DNA of 64,000 bases from Candidatus Gastranaerophilales bacterium (GCA_944326615.1 CALVEO010000005.1:294-64293); one strand, 5' to 3'. Positions 18,021 to 27,844 are shown, numbered from the stretch's first letter. Notes: generated by a model not told the origin, from the letters alone. Made by a program: numbers and translations.

Positions 18021-19018
18021 CACGTAATTTAAAAAAACATCATAAACAAGCCAAACATTCTAAAAAGGAAACAGCTATGACAGGAATAAAAAACTGGACA
18101 ATATCCATACTTCTTGCAGGAGCAATGCTTTTCGGACTACAGTGTTACAGCAGCACATCAAGTCTGAAATTTGCTCAGGTCAGCGATGTCCATTACTATA
18201 CAGGACAAAATAACACAACTTATAAAATGATAGCAGAATCTCCTGAACTTCTTGATGACGCTATAGAACAGATAAACTCATCGCCAAATGTTTCTTTTGT
18301 TATGTTCACCGGGGATTTGATAGACAAACCTTTTGAAAAAGAATTAAGTGCATTTTTGCCGCATACGCAAAAATTAAACGTTCCTTGGTACTTTGCTTTT
18401 GGCAACCATGACACAATGGTGGGAGGGTACTTAACGCCTAAAGTTTATATGGAACTTGTAAACAAATATAATAAAAGTTATAAGTTTGAAAAATCATACT
18501 ATTCTTTTGTTCCGCAGAAAGGCTATAAAGTAATTGTTTTAGATTCGATAATAAGAGAAAAACTTACGGCAAACGGCAGAATAGGCGATGAGCAGCTTAA
18601 ATGGCTTGATAATGAACTTGCAACTTCTAAAAATGATACTGTTTTAATTTTTATGCATGTTCCTGTAATTGAACCTTACAACAGCCCTAATCACAGACTT
18701 CTTGATGCAGATAAAATGGAAGAAATATTAAATAAATACAAAAACCCGATAGGTGTGTTTCAAGGTCATTATCATGGTGCTAAAATTACACAAAAAGGAA
18801 ATATCCTATACGTAAGCTGTCCTGCTCTTGTATCTTACCCGAATGCCTTTAGAATTGTAACCGTTACAAATTACAGAAATAAAGTTATTTTTAATATTCA
18901 AAATAAAGAAACCAACCTTAAAAATATACAAAAACTTGCAAAATTACTTGTGTTCGGCACAAGCATTTATACAGGGAAACCGGAAGATCAGAACGGAACT
19001 TTTATAATAAAAAAATGA
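18017..19018 (+). CDS. Calcineurin-like metallophosphoesterase (CpdA/Icc-like)
   Basis: SDVH, TGDLID, GNHD, FMHVP, GHYH motifs; N-terminal hydrophobic segment. Confidence 0.88.
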   Translation: MTRNLKKHHKQAKHSKKETAMTGIKNWTISILLAGAMLFGLQCYSSTSSLKFAQVSDVHYYTGQNNTTYKMIAESPELLDDAIEQINSSPNVSFVMFTGDLIDKPFEKELSAFLPHTQKLNVPWYFAFGNHDTMVGGYLTPKVYMELVNKYNKSYKFEKSYYSFVPQKGYKVIVLDSIIREKLTANGRIGDEQLKWLDNELATSKNDTVLIFMHVPVIEPYNSPNHRLLDADKMEEILNKYKNPIGVFQGHYHGAKITQKGNILYVSCPALVSYPNAFRIVTVTNYRNKVIFNIQNKETNLKNIQKLAKLLVFGTSIYTGKPEDQNGTFIIKK

Positions 19019-19028
19019 GGATAAAAAA

Positions 19029-19955
19029 ATGGAAGAATTTAAAGTAAAATTCAGAGGTGTGCGAGGAAGTTACCCGATAGCAAATAAGGATTTTCTGGAA
19101 TACGGCGGCAATACTTCCTGCGTAGAAGTTAATGTCAACGGACATTTGATAATTCTTGATGCAGGTACAGGGCTTATAAATATAGGCAGCGAGCTTATGG
19201 AAAAATATATTGCCTCCGGAATTAACGCGTCAGAAAGAACGCCTGTTAATGCGACTGTTTTGATTTCGCATATTCATCAGGATCATATACAGGGTTTCAC
19301 ATTCTTCAGACCGCTTCATATTCCTTCCTCAATTATTAATGTATTTGGCAACGTAAATTATAATGAAAGTTTGTCTGATGAACTTGCAGAACTTTTATTC
19401 GGAAAATCTTTCCCGCTTGATTTAGGCGACATCGCAGGGAATTTGAATATAAAAGATTTGAACGAAACAGAAGGCATAATCCTCAGACATGGCGAACCTC
19501 CGATTATTAAGCGCATTGAAAATGAAAATGACGCACATGTTGATGGCGATGATGTTTTAATTACCTGCTACCGCTCATACGCTCACCCGCAGGAAGGGGT
19601 TATAATATACAAAATATCTTACAAAGATAAAGTTCTTGTCTACGCAACAGACAAAGAAAGCTACCCGGGCGGGGATAAAAAACTTGCGAATTTCGCGCGC
19701 GGATGCAATTTGCTAATCCATGACGCCCAGTATACAATGGAAGATTATATGGATGCGTATTCGCCTAAACAGGGATACGGGCATTCGACATTTGATATGG
19801 CGATTGAAGCAAAGTATCAGACACATGCAGAAAAAGTAGTATTTTTCCATTACGATCCTGCTTATGATGATAGTAAATTAAACGCAATTAAAGAACATTA
19901 TAAAAGTGATGATATCGTGTTTGCTTATGAAGGTCTTGAAATTGACCTGATGTAA
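19029..19955 (+). CDS. MBL-fold metallo-hydrolase (YGGNTSC subfamily)
   Basis: YGGNTSCVEV, LDAGTG, SHIHQDHIQG, YATD, IHDAQY, GYGHS, FHYDP. Confidence 0.9.
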   Translation: MEEFKVKFRGVRGSYPIANKDFLEYGGNTSCVEVNVNGHLIILDAGTGLINIGSELMEKYIASGINASERTPVNATVLISHIHQDHIQGFTFFRPLHIPSSIINVFGNVNYNESLSDELAELLFGKSFPLDLGDIAGNLNIKDLNETEGIILRHGEPPIIKRIENENDAHVDGDDVLITCYRSYAHPQEGVIIYKISYKDKVLVYATDKESYPGGDKKLANFARGCNLLIHDAQYTMEDYMDAYSPKQGYGHSTFDMAIEAKYQTHAEKVVFFHYDPAYDDSKLNAIKEHYKSDDIVFAYEGLEIDLM

Positions 19956-19976
19956 ATTTTAATTAAATTTATAAAT

Positions 19977-20537
19977 ATGAAAAAATATTTAATACTGTTT
20001 TTATTACTGTTAAGCATAACAGCATCAGCCTACAGAAAACCTGATGTTTATGAAATTGATGCGACAAAAAATGCGTATCTTCATAATAACATCGGGCTTC
20101 GCTATATGAATGAAAGGCTTTATTATGCCGCAATTCAGGAATTTAAAATAGCTATAAGCTTAAATCCTAATACCCAGGCAACATCTGTATATTATAACAA
20201 TATCGGAGATGCCTATATGGCAATCGGATACCCGAATATGGCACGCCAGCCTTATGAAGATGCTATTAAACAATACAGCCTGAATTTTCAATATTATCAG
20301 GATTTGGCAAAATGTTACAAGTCTCTTGGGCTTGTAAATGCAAAAATACAGGAATACAGCAAGGGAGAAAATGCCTTAAATAAAGTAATGCTCGGGCTTT
20401 TATATGTGGAAAACGGAAATAAAAAACGCGGAATAATTGTGCTTGATGAATTTGTTATGTCAGAACCGGATCTGATAATTACGACAGCTGTTAAAAAGTA
20501 TATAAAAGATACCGTCAAGCATGTTGATGAACTGTAA
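19977..20537 (+). CDS. Secreted TPR protein
   Basis: Signal peptide; HNNIGLRY...AIQEFKIAISLNP, YYNNIGDAY. Confidence 0.8.
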   Translation: MKKYLILFLLLLSITASAYRKPDVYEIDATKNAYLHNNIGLRYMNERLYYAAIQEFKIAISLNPNTQATSVYYNNIGDAYMAIGYPNMARQPYEDAIKQYSLNFQYYQDLAKCYKSLGLVNAKIQEYSKGENALNKVMLGLLYVENGNKKRGIIVLDEFVMSEPDLIITTAVKKYIKDTVKHVDEL

Positions 20538-20820
20538 TTTGATGCTTTAAAAACATTAACTTGTGTAAAAAAAATGTAAATAAAGGTAGAAAAAATTATT
20601 TTTAAGAGTTATACTACAAATGTAATAGGTTATGTAAGTATAATTATAAATTTAACTTGTATTGTTCTGTTTATTTAAACAGTATTCTATGCCGTCTAAA
20701 TGGCGTATTGTTTTTAAAATAAAGTATTATAAAATAGTTTAAGGAATGTAAAACTAGGCTTCATATCAGGCAAAAATAATTTGTCACCGGTTTTATAAAA
20801 AATGTGTGTAGGTGTAAGTA

Positions 20821-22806
20821 TTGAACGAAAATAAGGAAAAATTAACAAAAGATATAAAGGCAAAAATGCCTAAAAAAGCTGATAAAACTGTTTCAAACCC
20901 TCTGTCAAAACAGTTAAATGAGCTTAGAAAGCCTGCTTTAAAAACACCTGAATCTGTTAAAATAGATATAGAGCCAACAGTAAAAAAAGAAGATAAAAAA
21001 TCACAAAAAACAACAAATCCTATAACTGCTGAAACATCAAGCATAGTAGCAAGAATTAATAATTTTAATACAAACAAAACTGCAAACAGAATGTACGCAG
21101 GTTATATGAATATATCGCCTGCAAATTCACACAGAGTAATAGATTATGCAGAGCTTGTCCACAGCCTTAGCGATACCTGCTCAAATAAAACCGGAGTACA
21201 TGAGCTTTTTACGGCAGTACATGAGCTTTTTACCGAAAACTTAAACAGTGTATTTACTGCATTCGGGGTTTTTCATGAGAAATCAAAATGCATAAATATA
21301 AAACTGTTTACTCCTATGGGAAGCACTTATAGCTCAAAAATTCTTCTCTCTGATGAGACAAATCCTGTTGTAGAATGTTTTAAGGCTGCTTCACCTGTAA
21401 TAAAAGATGATAACAAATTTTTGAATATTCCGTATTTACAAAATTCCTCTGCATTGATGCTGCCGTTAAATTCTGTCAGCGGATGCAAAGGAGTTATGAT
21501 AATAGGAAAAGATGATATTGAAACTTATATTGATTTGTTTTCATTTATCGCAAATTATTGTGCATTATTTATGGATAATGTTGAACTTTTGGAACAGACC
21601 AATAAATATGCAAATACGGATACACTTACCGGGTTATACACACACAGAGGTTTTCAGGAAGTTTTGAAAGCCGAACTTAAAAAAGCAGAAGATAATGAAT
21701 CCAACCTTTCTATTGTAATGTTTGATGTTAATAACATTTCAAAAATCAATAGAGAACTAGGGCATGCAAAAGGTGATGAGGTTATAAAACTTCTTGCAGA
21801 AAAAGTTAAACAAAATATAAGAAGTACGGATAAAGCTGGTCGTTACGGCGGTGATGAAATTGCAATAATTCTTCCTGATACCAACACGCCTGATGCCAAG
21901 TATTTGGCTGAATATATTACTTATTGTCTTTCTTGCTGCTTTGTGGACGATGTAGGACCTGTGAAGGTATCTGTGGGAATTGCGACTTACCCTGAATGCA
22001 GCAGAGATCAGGAAAAACTTTTAATTCTTGCAGAACAGGCAATGTATATCTCGCAGGCAAAAGGTTATAAAGAAGGAATGTCTGCAATAATAAGCTCGTC
22101 TGATTTTAATTTTTGGGATAATGATGCACTTAATTCTTTTGCAGAGGTTGTGGCAAAACGCCATGCACAGCTGGGCATTGATTTTGAAGAAGAGCTGGTT
22201 CACAAATTTAACAACGAACAAATTATTTCACAAAATCATTTGATGGAACTTGCAAACTCTCTGGCCGGTGCAATAGATGCAAAAGATCCTTATACAAAAG
22301 GTCATTCGACATCAGTTTCCAGATACTCGGAAGCTCTTGCACGTGCAATTAATCTGCCGGAAGATGAAGTCCAGAGAATTAAACTCGGTGCGCTTTTGCA
22401 TGACGTCGGCAAAATCGGTATTCCTGAAAATGTTCTCAAAAAACCGGGCAAACTAGAAGGCGATGAATGGGAAATTATGAAGCAGCACCCTGTCATTGGC
22501 GCTGAAAAAGTTTTGAAACCCAATGAAGCTCTTCGCGATTTAATTCCGATTGTAAAATATCACCACGAACATTTAGACGGAAGCGGATATCCCGAGCATT
22601 TGAAAGGCGATGAAATTCCTTTGGCGGCAAGAATTGTTGCAGTGGCTGATACTTATCATGCGCTGATTTCTGACAGACCTTACCGCAAAGGTATGAGTGT
22701 CGAGAAAGCCTGTGAAATTTTAAAAGAAGGCGCCGGAAAGCTCTGGGATGCTGATCTTATCAGGCAATTTATAAGCATTGCCCCGTCATTGTCAACAAGT
22801 ATTTAG
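20821..22806 (+). CDS. GAF-like + GGDEF + HD-GYP c-di-GMP turnover protein
   Basis: DTLTGLY, RSTD I-site, RYGGDEI; AIDAKDPYTKGHS, LLHDVGKIG, HHEHLDGSGYP. TTG start. Confidence 0.92.
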   Translation: MNENKEKLTKDIKAKMPKKADKTVSNPLSKQLNELRKPALKTPESVKIDIEPTVKKEDKKSQKTTNPITAETSSIVARINNFNTNKTANRMYAGYMNISPANSHRVIDYAELVHSLSDTCSNKTGVHELFTAVHELFTENLNSVFTAFGVFHEKSKCINIKLFTPMGSTYSSKILLSDETNPVVECFKAASPVIKDDNKFLNIPYLQNSSALMLPLNSVSGCKGVMIIGKDDIETYIDLFSFIANYCALFMDNVELLEQTNKYANTDTLTGLYTHRGFQEVLKAELKKAEDNESNLSIVMFDVNNISKINRELGHAKGDEVIKLLAEKVKQNIRSTDKAGRYGGDEIAIILPDTNTPDAKYLAEYITYCLSCCFVDDVGPVKVSVGIATYPECSRDQEKLLILAEQAMYISQAKGYKEGMSAIISSSDFNFWDNDALNSFAEVVAKRHAQLGIDFEEELVHKFNNEQIISQNHLMELANSLAGAIDAKDPYTKGHSTSVSRYSEALARAINLPEDEVQRIKLGALLHDVGKIGIPENVLKKPGKLEGDEWEIMKQHPVIGAEKVLKPNEALRDLIPIVKYHHEHLDGSGYPEHLKGDEIPLAARIVAVADTYHALISDRPYRKGMSVEKACEILKEGAGKLWDADLIRQFISIAPSLSTSI

Positions 22807-22808
22807 TA

Positions 22809-23492
22809 TTATTTTTTTCTGAAAATAATTGATCCCGGAACGAGAAATGCCATATCTATAGATTTTTCGATTTGTTGAATATGGTCAGGCAGCTGTGAAA
22901 AAAACGGTCGGAAATTTACAGGATTTCGTTTTTCGGATACTCTTAAAATTCTCATTCTGTCTATTGCGTAATCCCAGAATACCTGTGCATCCAAAACCTT
23001 AGGAGGATAAGCCGGATATGCCCCCATCGTTCCGCATTCCAAATCTTCTATAATATAGTAACCGCCGGATTTAAGAAGCGGAAATAACATTTCAAAAGAG
23101 CGCCTTTGATCACCCCAGGCATGTGAACAGTCATCAATAATACATAAAATATCTTCATTATATGCACAGAGTTTTGCCCCCAAAGTTTCTGCAACAGCAT
23201 CCGAGCATATAAATGAAATTCTGTCTTCTTCAAGCGAGGATAATTTTTCATTTAAATCAACTCCTATAATATGTGCATCAGGGAAATATTCTTTCCACAT
23301 TTTTAACGATGCTCCTGTGTAACATCCGAGTTCTACAAGAGTAAATTTTTCATCTCTCAGAGTTGATAAGAAAATTTCATAATGCCTTAAATAATCGTGT
23401 CCTGCGACAATATCACCCCGTCTTTTATATTTAGAAGCTTTATCAGTATTATATTTAAGCCCAAGTTCATCCAAAATTCCAAATTCTCTCAT
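22809..23492 (-). CDS. Class I SAM-dependent methyltransferase
   Basis: VELGCYTGAS, IIGVD, IIDDCSH, LKSGGYYIIED. Confidence 0.85.
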   Translation of the reverse strand: MREFGILDELGLKYNTDKASKYKRRGDIVAGHDYLRHYEIFLSTLRDEKFTLVELGCYTGASLKMWKEYFPDAHIIGVDLNEKLSSLEEDRISFICSDAVAETLGAKLCAYNEDILCIIDDCSHAWGDQRRSFEMLFPLLKSGGYYIIEDLECGTMGAYPAYPPKVLDAQVFWDYAIDRMRILRVSEKRNPVNFRPFFSQLPDHIQQIEKSIDMAFLVPGSIIFRKK

Positions 23493-23673
23493 TAATAACT
23501 CCTTTTTTTATGATTATACAATTATATAAGGACTATTGCAAATACAAAATGCATACGTTTTGTAAAAAATCGGCGTATCTTGCATAATTTCAAAAATAGT
23601 GTATAATTATAAGAACTAAAGGAATTTTGCAAAAGGTTTCTTTAAAGTACCACTTTAAATCAGGAGAAGAAAA

Positions 23674-23967
23674 ATGTACCAAGATGAAAAACTTGTTTGT
23701 GAAGATTGCGGCGCAGAATTCGTCTTCACAGCAGGTGAACAGGAATTTTACGCAGAGAAAGGTTTGGTAAACAAGCCCAAAAGATGTCCGGAATGCAGAA
23801 AAGCACGCAGAAAAAACAACAGACGCCACAGAAAAATGTATGAAGCTGTCTGCTCAAAATGCGGTGCTCAGACTCAGGTTCCTTTCAAACCTATTCCGGG
23901 AAAAGAAGTCTATTGCAAAGATTGCTTTGTAAAAGAACAGGAAAATGCTGAACAAATTGCAGAATAG
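23674..23967 (+). CDS. Double zinc-ribbon protein (zf-trcl-like + CxxC-x17-CxxC)
   Basis: CEDC...EQEFYAEKG...PKRCPECR; CSKC-x17-CKDC; RBS AGGAG. Confidence 0.9.
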   Translation: MYQDEKLVCEDCGAEFVFTAGEQEFYAEKGLVNKPKRCPECRKARRKNNRRHRKMYEAVCSKCGAQTQVPFKPIPGKEVYCKDCFVKEQENAEQIAE

Positions 23968-24000
23968 AACAATTTAATAGAAAATTTTATTTATATTCGC

Positions 24001-24033
24001 AAACAGACCGGATAAATTACCGGTCTGTTTTTT
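24001..24033. terminator. Intrinsic terminator between convergent genes
   Basis: AAACAGACCGG-N8-CCGGTCTGTTT followed by T residues. Confidence 0.85.
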
Positions 24034-24036
24034 GTT

Positions 24037-24345
24037 TTATACGCCTATGCAGCTGTTTAAATATTCTATTGTGCTTATTTTTTCATCGTACAAATACTTG
24101 ATAAAATTTAAATATGCCGCGTTATATGAAGTTATTACCAAATTTATTTCAAATCCGTCGGTGCAGAAAGGTTCGTAATCATAAACAACATAGCTGTTAT
24201 ATTTGCTTTTCCACTCCTTTCTTTCGATACGGCTGTTATTTTCTTCTATAATATCTTCAAGCCACCCGAGAATGTCTTTATTCACATTTTTCATTTCCAA
24301 GCGATTGTACTTACTGCAATCATGGCAATCATTTCCCATTAACAT
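24037..24345 (-). CDS. Hypothetical protein
   Basis: 102-aa ORF filling the space between the terminator and the repeat; start uncertain. Confidence 0.55.
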   Translation of the reverse strand: MLMGNDCHDCSKYNRLEMKNVNKDILGWLEDIIEENNSRIERKEWKSKYNSYVVYDYEPFCTDGFEINLVITSYNAAYLNFIKYLYDEKISTIEYLNSCIGV

Positions 24346-24484
24346 GTTAAATTACTCCACAAATATGTTATAGTAAAATTTTAAAGCTTTTTTCTTTTGA
24401 AATAATCCCCTTTAGGTATAAGTATCAAATAGTAAAATATGGTGATTTTATTATTTTTTTCCATCTCCTGGATGAGGGTTTGAT

Positions 24485-24698
24485 TGGAGGGCCGGAAGCC
24501 CGGAGGTCAGGATGGCAAGCTGATTTAGAAGGTAAGGAAGGTAGGAAGATAGGAAGGTAGGCTATTTACAGTAAAAAGCTTATCTTCATACCCTCCTACC
24601 CTCTTAGCTTCTGCTAACCCTCTCCACAGCCCTCCCCCTAGGGAGGGAGTATGTGATGGGTGCAGCGGCTACGCTGCCCCTAACCTCAAGGGAAGGGA
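24485..24698 (+). repeat. Composite intergenic repeat, copy R3
   Basis: GGAGGTCAGGATGGCAAGCTGATTTAGAAGG..., purine-rich arm, complementary arm, then ACCCTCTCCACAGCCCTCCCCCTAGGGAGGGAGTATGTG and GCAGCGGCTACGCTGC. Confidence 0.88.
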
Positions 24699-24765
24699 TA
24701 AAGAATAGAAGTTTATAATAATTTGGCTGGCATTTGATTAAGGTTCTGGATAAAAATAACAGAAA

Positions 24766-26139
24766 TTATAGCTGGTTGTGTAATTTACATTTAACTTTGT
24801 AAATAATATGCTTCATACTTCCGAAATATCCGAAAAACATTATTGCCGAAGCGCTTATCCAGGCAATCGGACCTGCATAAAATATTCCGACATACCCGAA
24901 TTTTATGGCAAGATATACAGCCGCAAATACCCTCATAACAAGTTCCGCAATACAGGCTAAAAGCGGAAATAATGTTTCTCCCATACCCTGAAGTGCATTT
25001 CTGTAAATAAAAATCTGACCGAGAAAGAAATAAAATATTGTACTGATTAATAAATAATTATGTGCAATATCGATAATTTCTTTTGTTCCTGTTCCAATAA
25101 ATGCTCCGATAATATCAGTTCCCCAAATTCGCATTACAAATGCCATAACAATACTCAGTATTATATTTATTACAGAGGTTTGTATAACACCTAATCTGAT
25201 TCTTTTAAACTTTACAGCACCGAAGTTTTGCGCAACATACGCAGCCAGCGCAACCCCGAATGACATCATGGGAAGTGTCGCAATCTGTTCAATTCTTAAT
25301 GCTGCCGTAAAAGCAGCGATAACATTTGACCCGAAAGAATTGCATACACTTTGTATAATTAAAACGCTTATCCCGATTATTGAAAATTGAACTGCCATCG
25401 GAACTCCCACACGCAAGTGTTCATAGGCGGAGTTGAAAAAGTTTTTATCAAATTTTATAAGCCATTCTTCCCTGTGAATTCTTAAAATCGGCATTTTATA
25501 TTTTACAAACAGCAGGCATAATATAACAGAAATTCCCTGCGATAATAAAACTGCGATTGCAGAGCCGGGCACCCCCATGTGAAAAACTTTTATAAAAATT
25601 AAGGCCAAGAAAATATTTGCAAGTGATGCTATAATTAAAAAATATAAAGGTGTTTTGCTGTCTCCAAGTGCCCTGATTATACTTGAAATCATATTGTACA
25701 TAGTTGTAATAATTAATCCGAGAATAATAATTTCAGCATACCAGAAAGCATTATGGTAAATATTATCAGGGATGTTCATCCAGTGTAAAATAGGATTAAT
25801 GAATAAAGAACAGACAACCGAGAATGCAATAGTTACGACTGTACTTAAAATCGTTGAAACAATTACCGAATTTCTGACACCTTCAATATCTTTTGCACCA
25901 TACCTCTGCCCTGTTATGACTGCAAATCCGTTAGTTAAACCTACAATAATAAAAGTTATAAGAAAAAATACCGGTGCAACCGCACCTACCGAAGCAAAAG
26001 ATTCAACACCGAGAGTTCTGCCGACAATAACAAGATCCGCAATATTGTATAATTGCTGAAAAATATTGCCTATCAATAACGGAACGGAAAATAAAAGTAT
26101 ATGTTTTAAGGGGTCTCCCTTCGTCATGTCGGTAATCAT
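24766..26139 (-). CDS. MATE family efflux transporter
   Basis: DMTKGDPLKHILLFSVPLLIGNIFQQLYNIAD, QRYGAKD, RALGDSKTPLYFL; about 12 TM segments. Confidence 0.95.
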   Translation of the reverse strand: MITDMTKGDPLKHILLFSVPLLIGNIFQQLYNIADLVIVGRTLGVESFASVGAVAPVFFLITFIIVGLTNGFAVITGQRYGAKDIEGVRNSVIVSTILSTVVTIAFSVVCSLFINPILHWMNIPDNIYHNAFWYAEIIILGLIITTMYNMISSIIRALGDSKTPLYFLIIASLANIFLALIFIKVFHMGVPGSAIAVLLSQGISVILCLLFVKYKMPILRIHREEWLIKFDKNFFNSAYEHLRVGVPMAVQFSIIGISVLIIQSVCNSFGSNVIAAFTAALRIEQIATLPMMSFGVALAAYVAQNFGAVKFKRIRLGVIQTSVINIILSIVMAFVMRIWGTDIIGAFIGTGTKEIIDIAHNYLLISTIFYFFLGQIFIYRNALQGMGETLFPLLACIAELVMRVFAAVYLAIKFGYVGIFYAGPIAWISASAIMFFGYFGSMKHIIYKVKCKLHNQL

Positions 26140-26372
26140 AAGAAATTAACCTAAAGTTTCCTCTTCTTCTATGAATATTATAAACAAAAAAAATTTTTTT
26201 AATTAAAGTTTTTATATTTTATGCCGTAAATTATAAAAAATAGAAAGTTAGTTTAATGGATATAAATTCTTTATTAAAAATATTTAAGTCAGTTGACACT
26301 AATAATGATTTAATAATTTCTAACGAAGAACTGACAAAAAGTTCTTTAAATGGGTCTATCTGGGGATAAAAA

Positions 26373-27539
26373 TTGAAAGCAAATATGCATATAAGTGATT
26401 TTGTTATCCCAGGTTTGGCTGTTGAACAAAAAAATGCGGATGATAAAAATTTGAGCGGCTTTGATAAAATGAATGCCAAATTTGTGTCTGATGGTATAAA
26501 TCCTGTTTATTATGATGATAAAAGCGGTTATATATTTTATGATAATAATATAAGCTTATATACACGAGTTATAAATACTTATGATGATCTTCCCGATGCT
26601 TCTACACCTGGGGTAAAAAATGCGAAAGGGGCGGATATCTCTAATCTACATTTGACGGACGAAAAGCTATTGAATATGGTTATTGATGATTATACTACAA
26701 TGTCAAATGAACAAAAATCTGTTTTTAACAAATACAAACACAATATGGATAAAATGGGCTGCGGGATTGAAAGTTTACATAAAAAAGGTTATACCGGCTA
26801 TGGTACTGCTGCACTTTTAGATCAAAAATATTGTCCTCATGATATATATAAAGATAAAGTAAAATCAACAACAGATATTGGAACTAATACAGATTCCTAT
26901 CAAGAACCGTCATGGCATACAGCTGCAATGCTGTCAATAATGCATAAAACAGCACCTGATGTTGAGATTATTCATTATTGCTGTACAGATAATGACCCTA
27001 AAATACAAACAAACCAATTTGCACAAGCAATAAATGATATTATTAAAAAAAATAAAACTCTGCCGGATGACGAAAAAGTTCGAACTATTGTTATAGGTTA
27101 TGGTTTTTATCCGCAGGATCCTAATTATAAAGAAAATTTAGCTCTGTGTAAAAGAGCAATAGATGAAGGTATTTTTATTTGTTCAAATAATATTCCTGAA
27201 TTATATGGTATAGAGTGGTCTGGCGCAGATAGAGATCCGAAAGGTGATGTTAATTCTCCAGAAAGCTATCGTTTATTAGTATGGCAGAATGAAGATGCTT
27301 ATAAAAATATAAAGAAAGAAAATTTGGATACAAAATTTTTATACATTCCTCAACAACATTTGACTATTGCTCACCATGATGGCAAAAGTATTGAATATGA
27401 AGGTTTAGAAGGCGGTGTATGCTGGAGCAATTCTGTCGGAACATTGTATAATGATTTTTTGAGCATAAAACATGATTTAAAATTTCTTAATAATATTTGG
27501 TGGAAACATATATATAACTCCCAAAATAAAAAAGCTTGA
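26373..27539 (+). CDS. Subtilase (S8)-like protein with Cys at the inferred catalytic Ser position
   Basis: GCGIESLHKKGYTGYG, LLDQ, SWHTAAM, TAPDVEI, EGGVCWS; order and spacing match S8 proteins of the LHxxGxTGxG / GGxSWS type. Confidence 0.65.
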   Translation: MKANMHISDFVIPGLAVEQKNADDKNLSGFDKMNAKFVSDGINPVYYDDKSGYIFYDNNISLYTRVINTYDDLPDASTPGVKNAKGADISNLHLTDEKLLNMVIDDYTTMSNEQKSVFNKYKHNMDKMGCGIESLHKKGYTGYGTAALLDQKYCPHDIYKDKVKSTTDIGTNTDSYQEPSWHTAAMLSIMHKTAPDVEIIHYCCTDNDPKIQTNQFAQAINDIIKKNKTLPDDEKVRTIVIGYGFYPQDPNYKENLALCKRAIDEGIFICSNNIPELYGIEWSGADRDPKGDVNSPESYRLLVWQNEDAYKNIKKENLDTKFLYIPQQHLTIAHHDGKSIEYEGLEGGVCWSNSVGTLYNDFLSIKHDLKFLNNIWWKHIYNSQNKKA

Positions 27540-27586
27540 AATTTAATTTTTTTTATGAGATTATAAATTTTGTCAATAAAGTATAT

Positions 27587-27660
27587 GGCTGGGTAGCTCA
27601 GTTGGTGAGAGCGTTCGGCTCATACCCGAAAGGTCGACAGTTCGAATCTGTCCCCAGCTA
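27587..27660 (+). tRNA. tRNA-Met (CAT), elongator type; CCA not encoded
   Basis: Cloverleaf: acceptor GGCTGGG/CCCAGCT, D arm GCTC/GAGC, anticodon stem TTCGG/CCGAA with loop CTCATAC, T arm GACAG-TTCGAAT-CTGTC. Confidence 0.93.
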
Positions 27661-27661
27661 T

Positions 27662-27698
27662 AAAAAAGAGTTTCGATATTAACGAAACTCTTTTTTTT
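27662..27698 (+). terminator. Intrinsic terminator after the tRNA
   Basis: AAAAAAGAGTTTCG-N7-CGAAACTCTTTTTTTT. Confidence 0.85.
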
Positions 27699-27819
27699 AT
27701 TCATTGTTGGACAAGTATGCCATACAAATGTATTTTTTGAGTAGTCTGGTCGGAAGGGGTAAATGAATTGAGCAGGTAGATTTGCCTAACACCACTAAAT
27801 TTTAGGTGGCCGGTAGTTT

Positions 27820-27844
27820 GTAGGTTGGGGTTTCTACCCCAACA
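27820..27844 (+). repeat. Single GTAG-tagged REP-like palindrome
   Basis: GTAG + GTTGGGGT-TTCT-ACCCCAAC; only one copy noticed in the window. Confidence 0.55.

Noticed and set aside
20540-20820. c-di-GMP riboswitch upstream of the GGDEF/HD-GYP gene
   Set aside because: One weak hairpin (about 20678-20715) and a GGCAAA are present, but the two-stem tetraloop/receptor architecture is not.
26231-26479. 82-aa minus-strand ORF
   Set aside because: Overlaps the start of the S8-like gene on the opposite strand and runs through low-complexity AT-rich DNA.
27587-27660. tRNA as initiator fMet or Ile2 (CAT)
   Set aside because: It lacks the three consecutive G:C pairs in the anticodon stem and the C1:A72 mismatch of initiators. 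The GGCT start and G1:U72 resemble elongator Met. Ile2 is not fully excluded but is less likely.
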